A stretch of 64,000 nt of DNA from Actinomycetota bacterium (GCA_009886035.1 VFJN01000006.1:2263-66262); one strand, 5' to 3'. Shown: positions 1 to 9,961, counted from the first letter of the stretch. Program-made: numbers and translations. The notes: generated by a model not told the origin, from the letters alone.

Positions 1-2
1 TT

Positions 3-275
3 GACGCCCGTGACCCGGATTCCCTCCAATCGGTGCTGGCCCGCTACGTGGTCCTCAGTCGGGGCCACCAGGGCTGTCGCAACATCGATTTGGCGCTGTC
101 GTCGACGGTGCCGGACCGTTTCGTGATCGTGCAGAAATGGGACAGCCCGGATTCTCAGCGCGCCCACTTCGACTCACCCGAAATGGTGGAGATGGCCAGG
201 GCGTGTGCGGGTCTGCTGGTGAACCCTCCGCAGATCGACCTGTTGGAGCCGATCAGCGCCCACGATCTGGGCTAG
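3..275 (+). CDS. ABM (antibiotic biosynthesis monooxygenase-like) domain protein, 5' end cut by window edge
   Basis: The frame is open from nt 3, so the listed GTG at 33 is probably internal. The C-terminal sequence VIVQKWDSPDSQRAHFDSPEMVEM resembles the ABM/quinol monooxygenase fold signature. Confidence 0.45.
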   Translation, partial: DARDPDSLQSVLARYVVLSRGHQGCRNIDLALSSTVPDRFVIVQKWDSPDSQRAHFDSPEMVEMARACAGLLVNPPQIDLLEPISAHDLG

Positions 276-333
276 GACCTGCGGGGCATCCACCGTCGCC
301 CGGCGACGCCTCCTTCCCCCCACCCTGGTTGGG

Positions 334-876
334 TTAGGCGGTGGCTTGGTTGGAGATGGCGCTGATGTCGGCCCAGGTGAGGCCGTCGGCGGTCCACAAC
401 GCATCAAAGGCGGCATCGGCGGCGTCGGTGAAACCGTGGCGGTTACGGAACTGGTAGAGCCGCCGTTGCCGTTGGACCCGGTGGCCCAGCCGACCGAGCC
501 GCCCTACGCAGTAGGTCTCCCAGGCGGCCACTTCCGGGAGAGTGAGGTCAGCATCGGCCGGGGCCTCCCCGAAGGCCGGATCGAGCCGGTCCTTCACCGA
601 CAGCAGGAGTTTGCCCAACACGTCGGTGGCGGCGATGGCGTTGAGGTGCCGGACAACCTTGGGGTCTTCGAAGGCGCCGGATTCCACGGCGATCACGATG
701 GGATCGGTGGAGGTCACCACGGCGTGGGCCAAGGGGGTGGATTCATCTACTTCGATGGTGACCGAGGCGGCGGCGGGGAGGCCGATCAGCACGACGAGTT
801 TCTCTACGATGGCCCTGATCTCGTTGGCGTCGAAGTGCACCAACGAGAACGTCTCGGGCCGGATCTCGACCGGCAT
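334..876 (-). CDS. hypothetical protein (180 aa), last gene of the DUF455 operon
   Basis: Start chosen at the internal ATG (MPVEIRPE...), 7 nt after the stop of the upstream gene (stop 884-886). The longer ORF to 978 would overlap that gene by about 95 nt. No recognisable motif. Confidence 0.5.
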   Translation of the reverse strand: MPVEIRPETFSLVHFDANEIRAIVEKLVVLIGLPAAASVTIEVDESTPLAHAVVTSTDPIVIAVESGAFEDPKVVRHLNAIAATDVLGKLLLSVKDRLDPAFGEAPADADLTLPEVAAWETYCVGRLGRLGHRVQRQRRLYQFRNRHGFTDAADAAFDALWTADGLTWADISAISNQATA

Positions 877-883
877 CGTCGTC

Positions 884-1744
884 CTAGTGGGCAATCGCGG
901 GGCGGTTGGCCTCGGCGATGGCTTCCATCTCCTCGCGGGCCTCCTTGGCGATCTGGGCGAGGGTGTCCATTTCGTCATCCTTGAACCCAGCCAACTCGCG
1001 GAAGCGACGGGCCAGACGCACCGGGCTGTCGTCTTCTTCGCCCCGGAAGCCCCCCAGGGAGAAGAGCTTGTCTACGACCCGCTGGAACTCGAGGGCGCGT
1101 TCTTGGCGGGGCTTGTCGTCGGCGGTGAGCTTGCGCAGCCAGTCGGAACCCATCTTCACGTGGGTTACCTCGTCGGCCAGCATCCAGTCTTCGCAGAACT
1201 CGAGCACTGGATCACCGGCGATCTCGCCGAATTCTCGCATCGTGTTGAAGACGTCGATGGCCAGGCCCTCCAAGGCCCGGTTGACGCCGGTGAGGCGCAG
1301 CACCGGATCGGGGTTGCAGGCGGCCTCATAGAGGAAAGTGTTCTCAGAGAACTCGCCAAGATCGGTGCCCATGTGGCCGCTGAGTTTGATGGAAATCTCA
1401 CAATGGCGGGCTTCGTCCCAGCACTGACGGGCCATGTCGAGCTTCAACTCGAAGGGAACCTCGGGAATGCCTTCTCCGTTGCCACTGCCAACCTCGAAGT
1501 CCCAGCAGGTGCGTCCGGCTCCCTCAAGGGCCTGGATTTCGCCCACGAAGATGCCGTGCATCAGGGCACGGGCAGCATCGGGAGCGTCCGGGCGCTCCGG
1601 GGTGAGCCGACCCGCCCCGCGACGGCCACTACTACCGGAATCGGCGGCCTGGGCGTTGCGAGGATCGTTGATGCGATCAGCGAGTGCGACGTGCACAAAC
1701 CGCTCGTCACGGGCTAGATCTTCGACGGGAAAGGACTTTCTCAT
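884..1744 (-). CDS. DUF455-type ferritin-like (putative di-iron) protein
   Basis: Four-helix-bundle carboxylate/His motifs are spaced as in the ferritin-like superfamily: EIQALE, DEARH, EGLAID, DEVTH. The start overlaps the upstream stop as ATGA (1741-1744). Confidence 0.55.
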   Translation of the reverse strand: MRKSFPVEDLARDERFVHVALADRINDPRNAQAADSGSSGRRGAGRLTPERPDAPDAARALMHGIFVGEIQALEGAGRTCWDFEVGSGNGEGIPEVPFELKLDMARQCWDEARHCEISIKLSGHMGTDLGEFSENTFLYEAACNPDPVLRLTGVNRALEGLAIDVFNTMREFGEIAGDPVLEFCEDWMLADEVTHVKMGSDWLRKLTADDKPRQERALEFQRVVDKLFSLGGFRGEEDDSPVRLARRFRELAGFKDDEMDTLAQIAKEAREEMEAIAEANRPAIAH

Positions 1745-2400
1745 GCGTAGGCCTCCTGGGTGGGCTCATAGGAATCGCCGATGGTGCCCGGTCCGGCGAT
1801 ACCGCCAGCGGCCAGCATCAGTTTCTGAAGCGCGGCTTGATGGGCAATAGCGCGGTCGAGTTCGGCCTCGCTTTGGATCAGGGATTGCAGCATCATCTCG
1901 CCGTCTCGCCAGTCGTTGAACTCGTCGGCGAGGGCGAAGTCCAACGAGCGGATGGTGGGCGCATCGGTAATGGTCGAGGTGTTGTTCCGGTGGTAGGTGT
2001 AGGCGGCGATTTTGGCGGGAATGAGCACCCGGTAGGCACCGACCAACTTCTCGATCGTGAGATCGGGACCCTCCGGCTCGGTCATGGCGTCGACAAAGGC
2101 CACCAGTTCGTCATTCGGGGGGGCGGTGAGGCGCTCCGGGTTCATTTCTCGCAGTTCGGGAAGGCGCTTGTGCCACAACTCTGAGTGCCACGCATGGTGG
2201 TAGCAGTGGGTACCGAGGCGCAGTTTCACGTCGAGTTCCGGCACGGTGGCCACCCACCCGCCGAGCACCTCGAAGAGACGCATTTCGATCCATTTGTAGT
2301 GGCCGACCCGGCGCGCCGATTCTTCCACCGAAAAGATCCCGGGCAACTCCCGGCGGTCCCAGGGAGCGAACGGCAATCGCGGCTTTTTCGGATCAGCCAA
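1741..2400 (-). CDS. hypothetical protein with His-rich helix (THCYHHAWHSELWH), first gene of the DUF455 operon
   Basis: 219-aa ORF with a TTG start at 2400, coding-like composition, and translational coupling to the DUF455 gene. Confidence 0.5.
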   Translation of the reverse strand: MADPKKPRLPFAPWDRRELPGIFSVEESARRVGHYKWIEMRLFEVLGGWVATVPELDVKLRLGTHCYHHAWHSELWHKRLPELREMNPERLTAPPNDELVAFVDAMTEPEGPDLTIEKLVGAYRVLIPAKIAAYTYHRNNTSTITDAPTIRSLDFALADEFNDWRDGEMMLQSLIQSEAELDRAIAHQAALQKLMLAAGGIAGPGTIGDSYEPTQEAYA

Positions 2401-2625
2401 CCTCGGCCACCAGTCCTTCTCTCAGCGCCGGTAACGGGGTGACCGGCTAAGAACGATCGTTATCGGCGTTAGCCTCCCGCGTCTTGGCGCGCCGGTCAAG
2501 TAGCGCCGGGATGGTTTCCGAAAGGCCGACGGCGACGAGAATGAGGCCGGCTCCACCGAGGTGGGTCGCCCACCGGACAGCGGCCGCCCGAAGAACGGGA
2601 ACTCTGAGAAAGGGAGTGGCTCCGG

Positions 2626-2724
2626 CTATTTCGCGGCATCCTGAACGATCAGGAAGGTGTTGCCGAGGCAGATGGCAGCGCCCAACCGGGCCAGATCGGC
2701 CAGGCGTGGATGGGTAGTTATCAA
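2626..2724 (-). CDS. candidate 32-aa small ORF (MITTHPRLADLARLGAAICLGNTFLIVQDAAK)
   Basis: TTG start preceded by AGGAAGGGA. An in-frame TGA lies 23 codons upstream with no other start between. Third-position G+C is about 72% (hand count), which is coding-like. Too short for the supplied ORF track. Confidence 0.25.
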   Translation of the reverse strand: MITTHPRLADLARLGAAICLGNTFLIVQDAAK

Positions 2725-2744
2725 TCCCTTCCTACGGAACAGCC

Positions 2745-4685
2745 ATGGTGGACCGAGTGCGTCCGGACGACCGGAGGCCTGAGGGACGCCAAGTCAAGGA
2801 GGGGGTGAGTGGTGACGTGACCGCAATCGAGCGCGACCTGGCGGCACTGGCTTCAGCACCGCCACCCCTGCTGCCCTGTCTGCCTTCCGGTCCGGCGGCG
2901 CCAGTGCCCGCCGCCGCCGTCTCGGCCAACCGCGACCTTGGTTGGGTCCGACGGATGTTGCCGCTGGTGATGGCGCGCCGCTGGCGGCTGCTGGCCGGCT
3001 TGCTGGCCGCCGCGGTGGCGATGCTGGCCCAGGTGATAGCGCCGCTGATGCTCATGCTGGCCATCGATCGGGCCCTGATCCAGCGCACGAGCACGCTGTG
3101 GCCCTTCGTCGTGGCGCTCGCGGCGCTGGCCGTCGTGCGCGGCGGCCTCACGTTCTATTACCGCTCCACGCTCTACAAACTGGCCTTCGCCCTCGAATAC
3201 GACTTACGCACCACGATCTACGAGCATCTCACCACGCTGTCGTTTCCATTTTACGATCGGGTGCAGTCGGGTCAGCTCATCTCGCGAGCCAACAGCGACA
3301 TCCGTTCGGTGCAGATGTTCCTCACGTTCATGCCGATCGTGTCGCTCAGCCTCGGCAGCTTCGTGGTGGCGCTCGCCATCATGCTCACCATCAATGTGCC
3401 GCTCACGGTGGTGGCCGTGCTGCCGATTCCGTTTATCTATGTGGTGGGCGTGAAGATGCGGGAGTTGCTGTTTCCCATCAGCTGGGTCGTGCAGTCCCGC
3501 ACCGCCGATGTGGCCACGATCGTGGAGGAAAACGTCACGGGTGCCCGGGTGGTGAAGTCCTTTGCCGCGGAGGCGCAGCAGATGGATGCTCTGGGCACGG
3601 CCGCTCGCCGGCTCCGATGGGCCTCGATTCTCCAGATCGACGTGCGGGCCCGCTACGCGCCACTGATGGAGGGGCTTCCCCGCCTTGGGCTGGCGGCCGT
3701 CTTGCTCTACGGCGGGATGTTGGCCGTCGACGGCACGGTGTCGGTCGGCACGATCGTGGCCTTCAGCGCCTACGTGGTGCTGCTGCAGGCGCCCTTCCGC
3801 ACGCTGGGTTTCATGCTCTTGCTGAGCCAACGAGCGGCGGCCTCGGCGGCGCGAATCTACGAGATTCTGGATTCCGAACCCGAGATAGCCGACCGCCCCG
3901 GGGCCATTGATCTCCTGGCCCCGGCAGGCTCGGTGCAGTTCGAGGATGTGATGTTCCGCTACGGCGATGGTGGGCCCGTTCTCGAGCATCTCGATCTCTG
4001 CCTGGCTCCGGGTGAGACCGTGGCCATCGTGGGGCGGACGGGGAGCGGTAAGTCCACCGTGGCCCGCCTCCTCCCGCGTTTCTATGACGTCAGCGACGGG
4101 GTAGTGCGCATCGACGGTCACGATGTGCGGGACCTCACTGTCGCGAGTCTGCGGGCCGCGGTGGGGCTGGTCCTCGATGAGCCGTTCCTGTTCTCCGCCA
4201 CGGTCCGAGAAAACATTGCCTATGCCCGCCCCGATGCACCTCTGGCCGATGTTCGAGCGGCGGCCCGCGCGGCGGGGGCGGAGCAGTTCATCGATGCCCT
4301 GCCCGAAGGGTTCGACAGCGAGGTGGGGGAGCGGGGCTACACGCTTTCGGGGGGGCAACGGCAGCGGATTGCGATCGCCCGCACTCTCCTGGCTGATCCG
4401 GCTGTTCTCATCCTCGACGACGCCACCAGCGCCATCGATGTGCAGGTGGAGGAAGAGATCCACGCCGCTCTGCGCATCCTCATGGAGGGACGAACCACTC
4501 TCGTCATTGCGCACCGTGTGTCCACGATCAACCTGGCCGAACGCGTGGTGCTGCTCGAGGGCGGTCGCATCGTGGCCACGGGCACGCACGCCGATCTGAT
4601 GGCCCGCGAGCCTCGTTACGCCGAGGTGCTCGCCCATATCGCCCGCGGTGATGATGGTCCCGACGGTCAGGGAGAGGTGCGCTGA
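2745..4685 (+). CDS. ABC exporter, fused permease/ATPase subunit 1
   Basis: Six-TM N-terminal half followed by Walker A GRTGSGKST, signature LSGGQRQR and Walker B ILILDDATSA. The start is uncertain: ATG 2745, GTG 2805/2817 or ATG 2955. Starting at 2745 leaves only 20 nt to the divergent sORF. Confidence 0.85.
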   Translation: MVDRVRPDDRRPEGRQVKEGVSGDVTAIERDLAALASAPPPLLPCLPSGPAAPVPAAAVSANRDLGWVRRMLPLVMARRWRLLAGLLAAAVAMLAQVIAPLMLMLAIDRALIQRTSTLWPFVVALAALAVVRGGLTFYYRSTLYKLAFALEYDLRTTIYEHLTTLSFPFYDRVQSGQLISRANSDIRSVQMFLTFMPIVSLSLGSFVVALAIMLTINVPLTVVAVLPIPFIYVVGVKMRELLFPISWVVQSRTADVATIVEENVTGARVVKSFAAEAQQMDALGTAARRLRWASILQIDVRARYAPLMEGLPRLGLAAVLLYGGMLAVDGTVSVGTIVAFSAYVVLLQAPFRTLGFMLLLSQRAAASAARIYEILDSEPEIADRPGAIDLLAPAGSVQFEDVMFRYGDGGPVLEHLDLCLAPGETVAIVGRTGSGKSTVARLLPRFYDVSDGVVRIDGHDVRDLTVASLRAAVGLVLDEPFLFSATVRENIAYARPDAPLADVRAAARAAGAEQFIDALPEGFDSEVGERGYTLSGGQRQRIAIARTLLADPAVLILDDATSAIDVQVEEEIHAALRILMEGRTTLVIAHRVSTINLAERVVLLEGGRIVATGTHADLMAREPRYAEVLAHIARGDDGPDGQGEVR

Positions 4686-6613
4686 TGGCGTGGGGTGGTG
4701 GTGCCATGGGCGGGGCGGGAGCACCGTTCGCGGGGAGTGCCGCGGCCGGATCGAGTCTGCCTTTTGCGGGCGTTCCCTCGGAGATGCAGGAGCGGGTGGA
4801 CAAGCTTCTGGCCCACGAGCCCGCCTCCGACCACGAGGTGGTGGTCTACGAGCCGATTGCCTCCGACACCCTCCCGTTTTCGCTGCGTCGACTCGTGCGG
4901 CCGCACCGCCGAGCCCTGGCGGGATCAATGGCTCTGGTGGTCATCGAAACCGTAGCCCTCCAGACCGGGCCACTGCTCACGGCCATCGCCATCGACGACG
5001 GTATTCGCCTGGGAAATCGTGCGGTGATCGCGGCGGTGGCCGGGCTCTATCTGGTGAGTGTGATGGTGGGAGCGGTGACGAGCCGCAGCCGGATTGCCTG
5101 GACCGGTCGAGTGGGAGAGCGCTTGCTCTACGACCTGCGCCTCAAGGTGTTTAGCCAGTTCCAACGGCTGTCGATCGACTTCTTCGCCCGGGAGAAGGCG
5201 GGGCGGCTCATGACGAGGATGACCAGCGATCTCGACAACCTCACGCAGTTACTGCAAGAGGGTTTGGTGCAACTCTTCGTGCAGGGCCTCACGGTGGTGT
5301 TTGTGAGCGGGGTGCTCATCGCGTTGAACCCCCCCTTGGCCGCCATCACGCTGCTGGTGGTGGTGCCGGCGATGCTGGCCGCCACGGTCTGGTATCGAGC
5401 GGCCTCAGACCAGACCTTCGACGTGGTGCGCGACCGCATCGCCGACGTGATGGCCCATCTGCAGGAGAGCCTCTCGGGCGTGAGGATCGTGACGGCGCAC
5501 AATCGGCAGTCGCGCAACGTGGCCGAGCACCGCACCATTGTGGATGCCTACCGCCGGTCCAACGATGCCACCGCCATGGTGGGGGGCACCTACGGCGGCG
5601 TCACCGAAACGGTGGGGATGGCCGGTCAGGTCGTGATCTTGGTGGTGGGGGGTCGGTGGGTTCTGAACGGTTCCCTCGAGATCGGCGAACTGGTGGCCTT
5701 CGTCCTCTACTTGGCGGCCTTTTTCGCCCCGATCCAACAACTGGTGCAGCTCTACAACACCTACCAGCAGGGTCAGGCGTCGGTGCGCAAGCTGCGGGGA
5801 TTGCTGGCCGAGGAGCCCAGTGTGGCTCAGCACCCCCAGGCCGAGCCGTTGCCGTTGCTCCGCGGCGAGGTACGCCTTGAGGGCGTTAGTTTCGCTTACA
5901 CCCCCGGGCGAGATGTGCTCCACAGCATCGACCTCACCATCCCGGTGGGCGAGACCTTTGCCTTCGTGGGCGAAACGGGGGCCGGCAAGTCAACCATCGC
6001 CAAGTTGGTGAATCGTCTCTACGATCCCACCGCCGGGCGGGTGCTCCTCGATGGCATCGACATTCGTGGCGTCACCCTGGCCTCCGTGCATTCTCAGGTG
6101 GGCACGGTGCCCCAAGAGGCATTCCTCTTTGGCGGTTCCATCCGCGACAACGTCACCTTCGCCCGGCCCGACGCATCGGAGGACGAAGTGATCGAGGCCT
6201 GTCGGCTGGTCGGTCTGGGTGATCTTCTGGAGCGGCTCCCCGCCGGACTTGATACCCCGGTGCACGAACGCGGGGTGTCGGTATCTTCCGGGGAACGGCA
6301 ACTGCTCGCTCTCGCTCGCGTCTTCCTGGCCCGCCCGCGAATCTTGGTGCTTGACGAAGCCACCTCTAACCTGGATCTGCGTTCTGAGGGCCGGATCGAG
6401 GAGGCACTCGACACATTGTTGGAGGGCCGCACGGCTATTTTGATCGCCCACCGTCTCGCCACGGCGATGCGAGCCGATCGCATCGCCGTGATCCACGACG
6501 GGGAAGTAGTGGAGTTGGGCTCCCACGAGGCGCTGGTGGCGAACGGCGGTCGCTACGCCGACATGGTGGCGACGTGGCATCGTCACGGTCAGGGATCAGC
6601 GACCGAGGAGTAA
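4685..6613 (+). CDS. ABC exporter, fused permease/ATPase subunit 2 (heterodimer partner)
   Basis: Walker A GETGAGKST, signature VSSGERQ and Walker B ILVLDEATS. Its ATG overlaps the preceding TGA by 1 nt. Confidence 0.85.
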   Translation: MAWGGGAMGGAGAPFAGSAAAGSSLPFAGVPSEMQERVDKLLAHEPASDHEVVVYEPIASDTLPFSLRRLVRPHRRALAGSMALVVIETVALQTGPLLTAIAIDDGIRLGNRAVIAAVAGLYLVSVMVGAVTSRSRIAWTGRVGERLLYDLRLKVFSQFQRLSIDFFAREKAGRLMTRMTSDLDNLTQLLQEGLVQLFVQGLTVVFVSGVLIALNPPLAAITLLVVVPAMLAATVWYRAASDQTFDVVRDRIADVMAHLQESLSGVRIVTAHNRQSRNVAEHRTIVDAYRRSNDATAMVGGTYGGVTETVGMAGQVVILVVGGRWVLNGSLEIGELVAFVLYLAAFFAPIQQLVQLYNTYQQGQASVRKLRGLLAEEPSVAQHPQAEPLPLLRGEVRLEGVSFAYTPGRDVLHSIDLTIPVGETFAFVGETGAGKSTIAKLVNRLYDPTAGRVLLDGIDIRGVTLASVHSQVGTVPQEAFLFGGSIRDNVTFARPDASEDEVIEACRLVGLGDLLERLPAGLDTPVHERGVSVSSGERQLLALARVFLARPRILVLDEATSNLDLRSEGRIEEALDTLLEGRTAILIAHRLATAMRADRIAVIHDGEVVELGSHEALVANGGRYADMVATWHRHGQGSATEE

Positions 6614-7207
6614 GTCGAGTTCTTTCAGCGCCGCGTCCGGGTCCTGCACGAGGATGGCCTGCAAGCCGGCCCGTTGGGCCCCGATCACATTGCCGGAAGA
6701 GTCGTCGAGGAACACAGCCGCCTCCGGTGCGACGCCCCCTAAGAGAGCCAGTGCGTGGTGGAAGATGGCGGGATTGGGCTTCCGCATCCCTACCTCGGAA
6801 CTGTCGACCACGATCTCGAACAGTTCATCGAGGGGGAGCATCGCCCGCCAGGTGGCGCGGCCCTCGCTCACGTTGTTGGTGATGAGCCCCAGCCGGTACC
6901 CCTCGACGCGGAGCGTGCGTACCCGATCGATGACCTGCTCGTGCAAGGTCATCGATCCGAGGAGGGCGGAGAGCGGGGCGAAGTCCACCTCAATGCCCTG
7001 CGCCCGGCCCAGTTCGGTTACCGCCACGGCCCAGTCGGTGATGGCAAGTTCACCCCGTTCGACCTGATGCCAGGGGTGGTCGGTGTCTTGCTCGTAGGAG
7101 CCGATGAGGAGTGACAGATTGCCGCCGCCGGCCTCGGTCATCGCTCCCCACGGCGACGAGGTGAGCACCCCGGCGAAGTCGAAGAGGACGGTCGTGATCT
7201 CCGTCAT
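6596..7207 (-). CDS. HAD-superfamily hydrolase (subfamily IA-like)
   Basis: Motif I VLFDFAGVLT, ITNN, and FLDD near the C-terminus. ATGA overlap with the nadE stop. Confidence 0.7.
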   Translation of the reverse strand: MTEITTVLFDFAGVLTSSPWGAMTEAGGGNLSLLIGSYEQDTDHPWHQVERGELAITDWAVAVTELGRAQGIEVDFAPLSALLGSMTLHEQVIDRVRTLRVEGYRLGLITNNVSEGRATWRAMLPLDELFEIVVDSSEVGMRKPNPAIFHHALALLGGVAPEAAVFLDDSSGNVIGAQRAGLQAILVQDPDAALKELDLLLGR

Positions 7208-8901
7208 CCGCGGTAGGCATTTGTGATGGGCATCCGACGGTCTTTTCCGAACGCCTTGCCGCTGATCCGCGGGCCGGGCGGGTTTTGGCGGCGCTTATAT
7301 TCCGAGAGGTCGACGAGCCGGGTAATGCGTTCCACCAGCGCGGGGTCGAAGCCGTGTTCCACAAGTTGGGTGCGGGTGAGGTCGTGTTCCACGTAGGCCT
7401 CCAGCAGTGGGTCGAGTATCTCGTAGGGGGGCAGCGACTGGTCATCCCGTTGGTCGGGCCGCAGTTCGGCGGAAGGAGGCTTGGTGAGGACAGCCTCCGG
7501 GATGAGCTCTCGGCCGGCGCGTTCGTTACGAAAACGGCACAGGTCGTAGACGAGCAGTTTGGGAACGTCCTTGATCACGGCAAAGCCCCCGGCAGTATCC
7601 CCATAGAGCGTGGAGTAGCCAACGGCGAGTTCGCTTTTGTTCCCCGTGGTGAGGACCAGCCACCCGCGGAACTTGTTTGATAGGGCCATGAGCAGGGTGC
7701 CCCGGATGCGCGGCTGGAGGTTTTCCTCGGTGAGGTCCGGTTCTCGCCCGGCAAAACTGGGTCCGAGCAGTTCGAGGAATGCGGCGTGGGCCGGTTCGAT
7801 GGCGATGGTTCGCAGTTCGATGCCAACGGCGGCGCACAGCGCGGCGGCATCGGTCTGGGATCCGGTGGAGGAAAAGCGACTGGGCATCGAGACGGCGTGA
7901 ACGTGTTCGGGTCCGAGCGCATCAGCGGCGATGACGGCCACCAAGGATGAGTCGATACCACCGGAGAGGCCCAGGACGGCGTCGTGGAAGCCGTTTTTGG
8001 TGATGTAGTCCCGCGTGGCGAGCACAAGGGCGTCGTACACCTCGGCTTCCGGAGACAGCCGGGCGGTGATGGTGGGCGGGTAGTGGGACTCGGGGGCGGC
8101 GGCCGCCGTGGGGGAGATCTGGATGACGGGGAGCGGCGGGCCGTTTCCACTCTCGGGTGAGATCGGATCGATGGTGAGGTCGATGAAGGCCACGGTGTCG
8201 ATCATCTGGGGGAGCCGGGCGAGGAGATCGCCGTGGTCATCGACCACAAAGGAACCCCCGTCAAAAATGAGTTCGTCCTGGCCGCCGACCTGGTTGACAT
8301 AGGCGATGTGGCAGCGAGCATCGGCAGCCCGGATGCTCACCATGTGCTCGCGTTCGCCCTGGCGGCCATCGAAGTAAGGAGATCCATTGGGGATGACCAC
8401 GAGGTCGGCCCCACCGGCGGACTGCGGCGTGACGGTTCCATTGGCATGCCAAGCGTCCTCGCAGATGGCGATGCCAACCTTCACTCCGGCGATCTGGAAG
8501 AGACTGAGGGGGGTGGTCCCCGGAGCGAAGTAGCGGGCCTCGTCAAAAACGGCGTAGTTCGGCAGAAGCCGCTTTCGGTAGATCCCCTGCACCTCCCCGG
8601 CCGCGCAGACGGCGGCGGCGTTGTACAAGGCTGGGCCGGTGTCGACGAAACCCACCACGGCGGCGCAGCGTTGGGTGCCGGCGGCGACCCTGTCCAGGGC
8701 GGTTCGGTTGGCGGCTACGAACCCTGGCTTGAGGATGAGGTCTTCGGGCGGATAGCCCGTGATGGCCAGTTCGGGGAGCACGACGATGTCGCAGTGCGCC
8801 TTCTCAGCGGCTTGGTACGCGTCGAGGATGCGTTCGACGTTGCCATCGAGATCACCGACCACCGTGTTCAGCTGGGCGATTCCCACCCGGATTCGTGCCA
8901 C
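7204..8901 (-). CDS. nadE: glutamine-dependent NAD+ synthetase
   Basis: N-terminal CN-hydrolase (nitrilase-like) domain plus a C-terminal NAD synthetase domain with the SGGIDSS PP-loop. 565 aa, GTG start. Confidence 0.9.
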   Translation of the reverse strand: MARIRVGIAQLNTVVGDLDGNVERILDAYQAAEKAHCDIVVLPELAITGYPPEDLILKPGFVAANRTALDRVAAGTQRCAAVVGFVDTGPALYNAAAVCAAGEVQGIYRKRLLPNYAVFDEARYFAPGTTPLSLFQIAGVKVGIAICEDAWHANGTVTPQSAGGADLVVIPNGSPYFDGRQGEREHMVSIRAADARCHIAYVNQVGGQDELIFDGGSFVVDDHGDLLARLPQMIDTVAFIDLTIDPISPESGNGPPLPVIQISPTAAAAPESHYPPTITARLSPEAEVYDALVLATRDYITKNGFHDAVLGLSGGIDSSLVAVIAADALGPEHVHAVSMPSRFSSTGSQTDAAALCAAVGIELRTIAIEPAHAAFLELLGPSFAGREPDLTEENLQPRIRGTLLMALSNKFRGWLVLTTGNKSELAVGYSTLYGDTAGGFAVIKDVPKLLVYDLCRFRNERAGRELIPEAVLTKPPSAELRPDQRDDQSLPPYEILDPLLEAYVEHDLTRTQLVEHGFDPALVERITRLVDLSEYKRRQNPPGPRISGKAFGKDRRMPITNAYRG

Positions 8902-9031
8902 CCCTCCAGCGTAGGTGCCCGGGGTAACCGGTTCGATTTGGGCGGTTCCACCATCGGTGGGTAGCGGCCGCGGCGATGCGCGAGGATGACAGGCCGATCA
9001 GCCGTGGGGCTGGTGGCCGAAGAGGAGAAGT

Positions 9032-9961
9032 GTGCCGCTCGATCCGCAGGTGAAGTCGTTGCTCGATGGGTTGGCTCAGGCTGGGGGGCCGAAGTTGCAC
9101 GAGTTGTCGCCGCCCGAAGCGCGGGAGGTCTACCGGGGACTGGTCGCGTTCGATCAGCCTGAAGAGGTCGCCCGAGTGGACAACCGGGTGGTTTCGAACG
9201 GGGACCATGATGTGCCGGTGCGGGTGTACACACCGTTAGCCGCGGTGGGCGGTCACGCTCCGTTGCTTCTCTGGCTCCACGGCGGCGGTTGGGTGATCGG
9301 CGATCTGGACACGGCCGACGCCACCGCCCGAGCCCTGGCGAACCGCTCCGGAGCCGTGGTGGTATCGGTTGGCTACCGGTTGGCCCCGGAATACCGCGCG
9401 CCCCATTCCCTGGAGGATTGCCTGGCCGTGCTTATGTGGGCGGTGCAGGAAGCAGAGGTGCTCGGCGTGGATAGCGACCGGGTGGCGGTGGGGGGCGATT
9501 CGGCGGGCGGAAACCTTGCCGCGTTGCTGTGCCATCGGGTGCGCGACGACTGTGGCCCCGAGATCGATTTTCAATTGCTGGTCTACCCGGTTGTGGACCT
9601 CACGCTCTCACACCCGTCGGTGGATGAGAACGCTGAGGGCTACTTGCTCACGAAGGACCTGTTGCGATGGTTCGTGGATTGTTATCTCGGGGACCAGGAT
9701 CCGAAAAGCGGGGCCGTGTCACCATTGTGGGCGGCATCGCTGGCGGATCTTCCCCCGGCGCTGATCATCACGGCGGAGTTCGATCCCTTGCGGGACGAAG
9801 GGGAGGCCTACGCCGAGGCGTTGCGTAAGGCGGGGGTGGAGGTTCAGGTCACCCGCTACGAGGGAGAGATCCATGGCTTCCTGGGGCTGGCGGCCATTCT
9901 TCCCGACGGTGCCCAAGCCCTGGAGCAGGCGGGGGCGGCTTTGCGGGCGGCTCTCCACTGA
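9032..9961 (+). CDS. alpha/beta hydrolase, HSL-family esterase/lipase
   Basis: HGGGW oxyanion motif and GDSAGG nucleophile elbow. AGGAG lies 5 nt upstream of the GTG start. Confidence 0.8.
   Translation: MPLDPQVKSLLDGLAQAGGPKLHELSPPEAREVYRGLVAFDQPEEVARVDNRVVSNGDHDVPVRVYTPLAAVGGHAPLLLWLHGGGWVIGDLDTADATARALANRSGAVVVSVGYRLAPEYRAPHSLEDCLAVLMWAVQEAEVLGVDSDRVAVGGDSAGGNLAALLCHRVRDDCGPEIDFQLLVYPVVDLTLSHPSVDENAEGYLLTKDLLRWFVDCYLGDQDPKSGAVSPLWAASLADLPPALIITAEFDPLRDEGEAYAEALRKAGVEVQVTRYEGEIHGFLGLAAILPDGAQALEQAGAALRAALH

Noticed and set aside
2451-2460. 10-bp palindrome AACGATCGTT upstream of the DUF455 operon
   Set aside because: Dozens of 10-bp palindromes are expected by chance in a window this size.
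2484-2717. 77-aa plus-strand ORF in the 2401-2744 intergenic region
   Set aside because: It is extremely Arg-rich (non-coding-like) and overlaps the better-supported minus-strand 32-aa sORF.
3204-4928. 574-aa minus-strand ORF
   Set aside because: It is antisense to the ABC exporter genes, which carry unambiguous Walker and signature motifs. Its composition is Arg/His/Gly-rich and non-protein-like.
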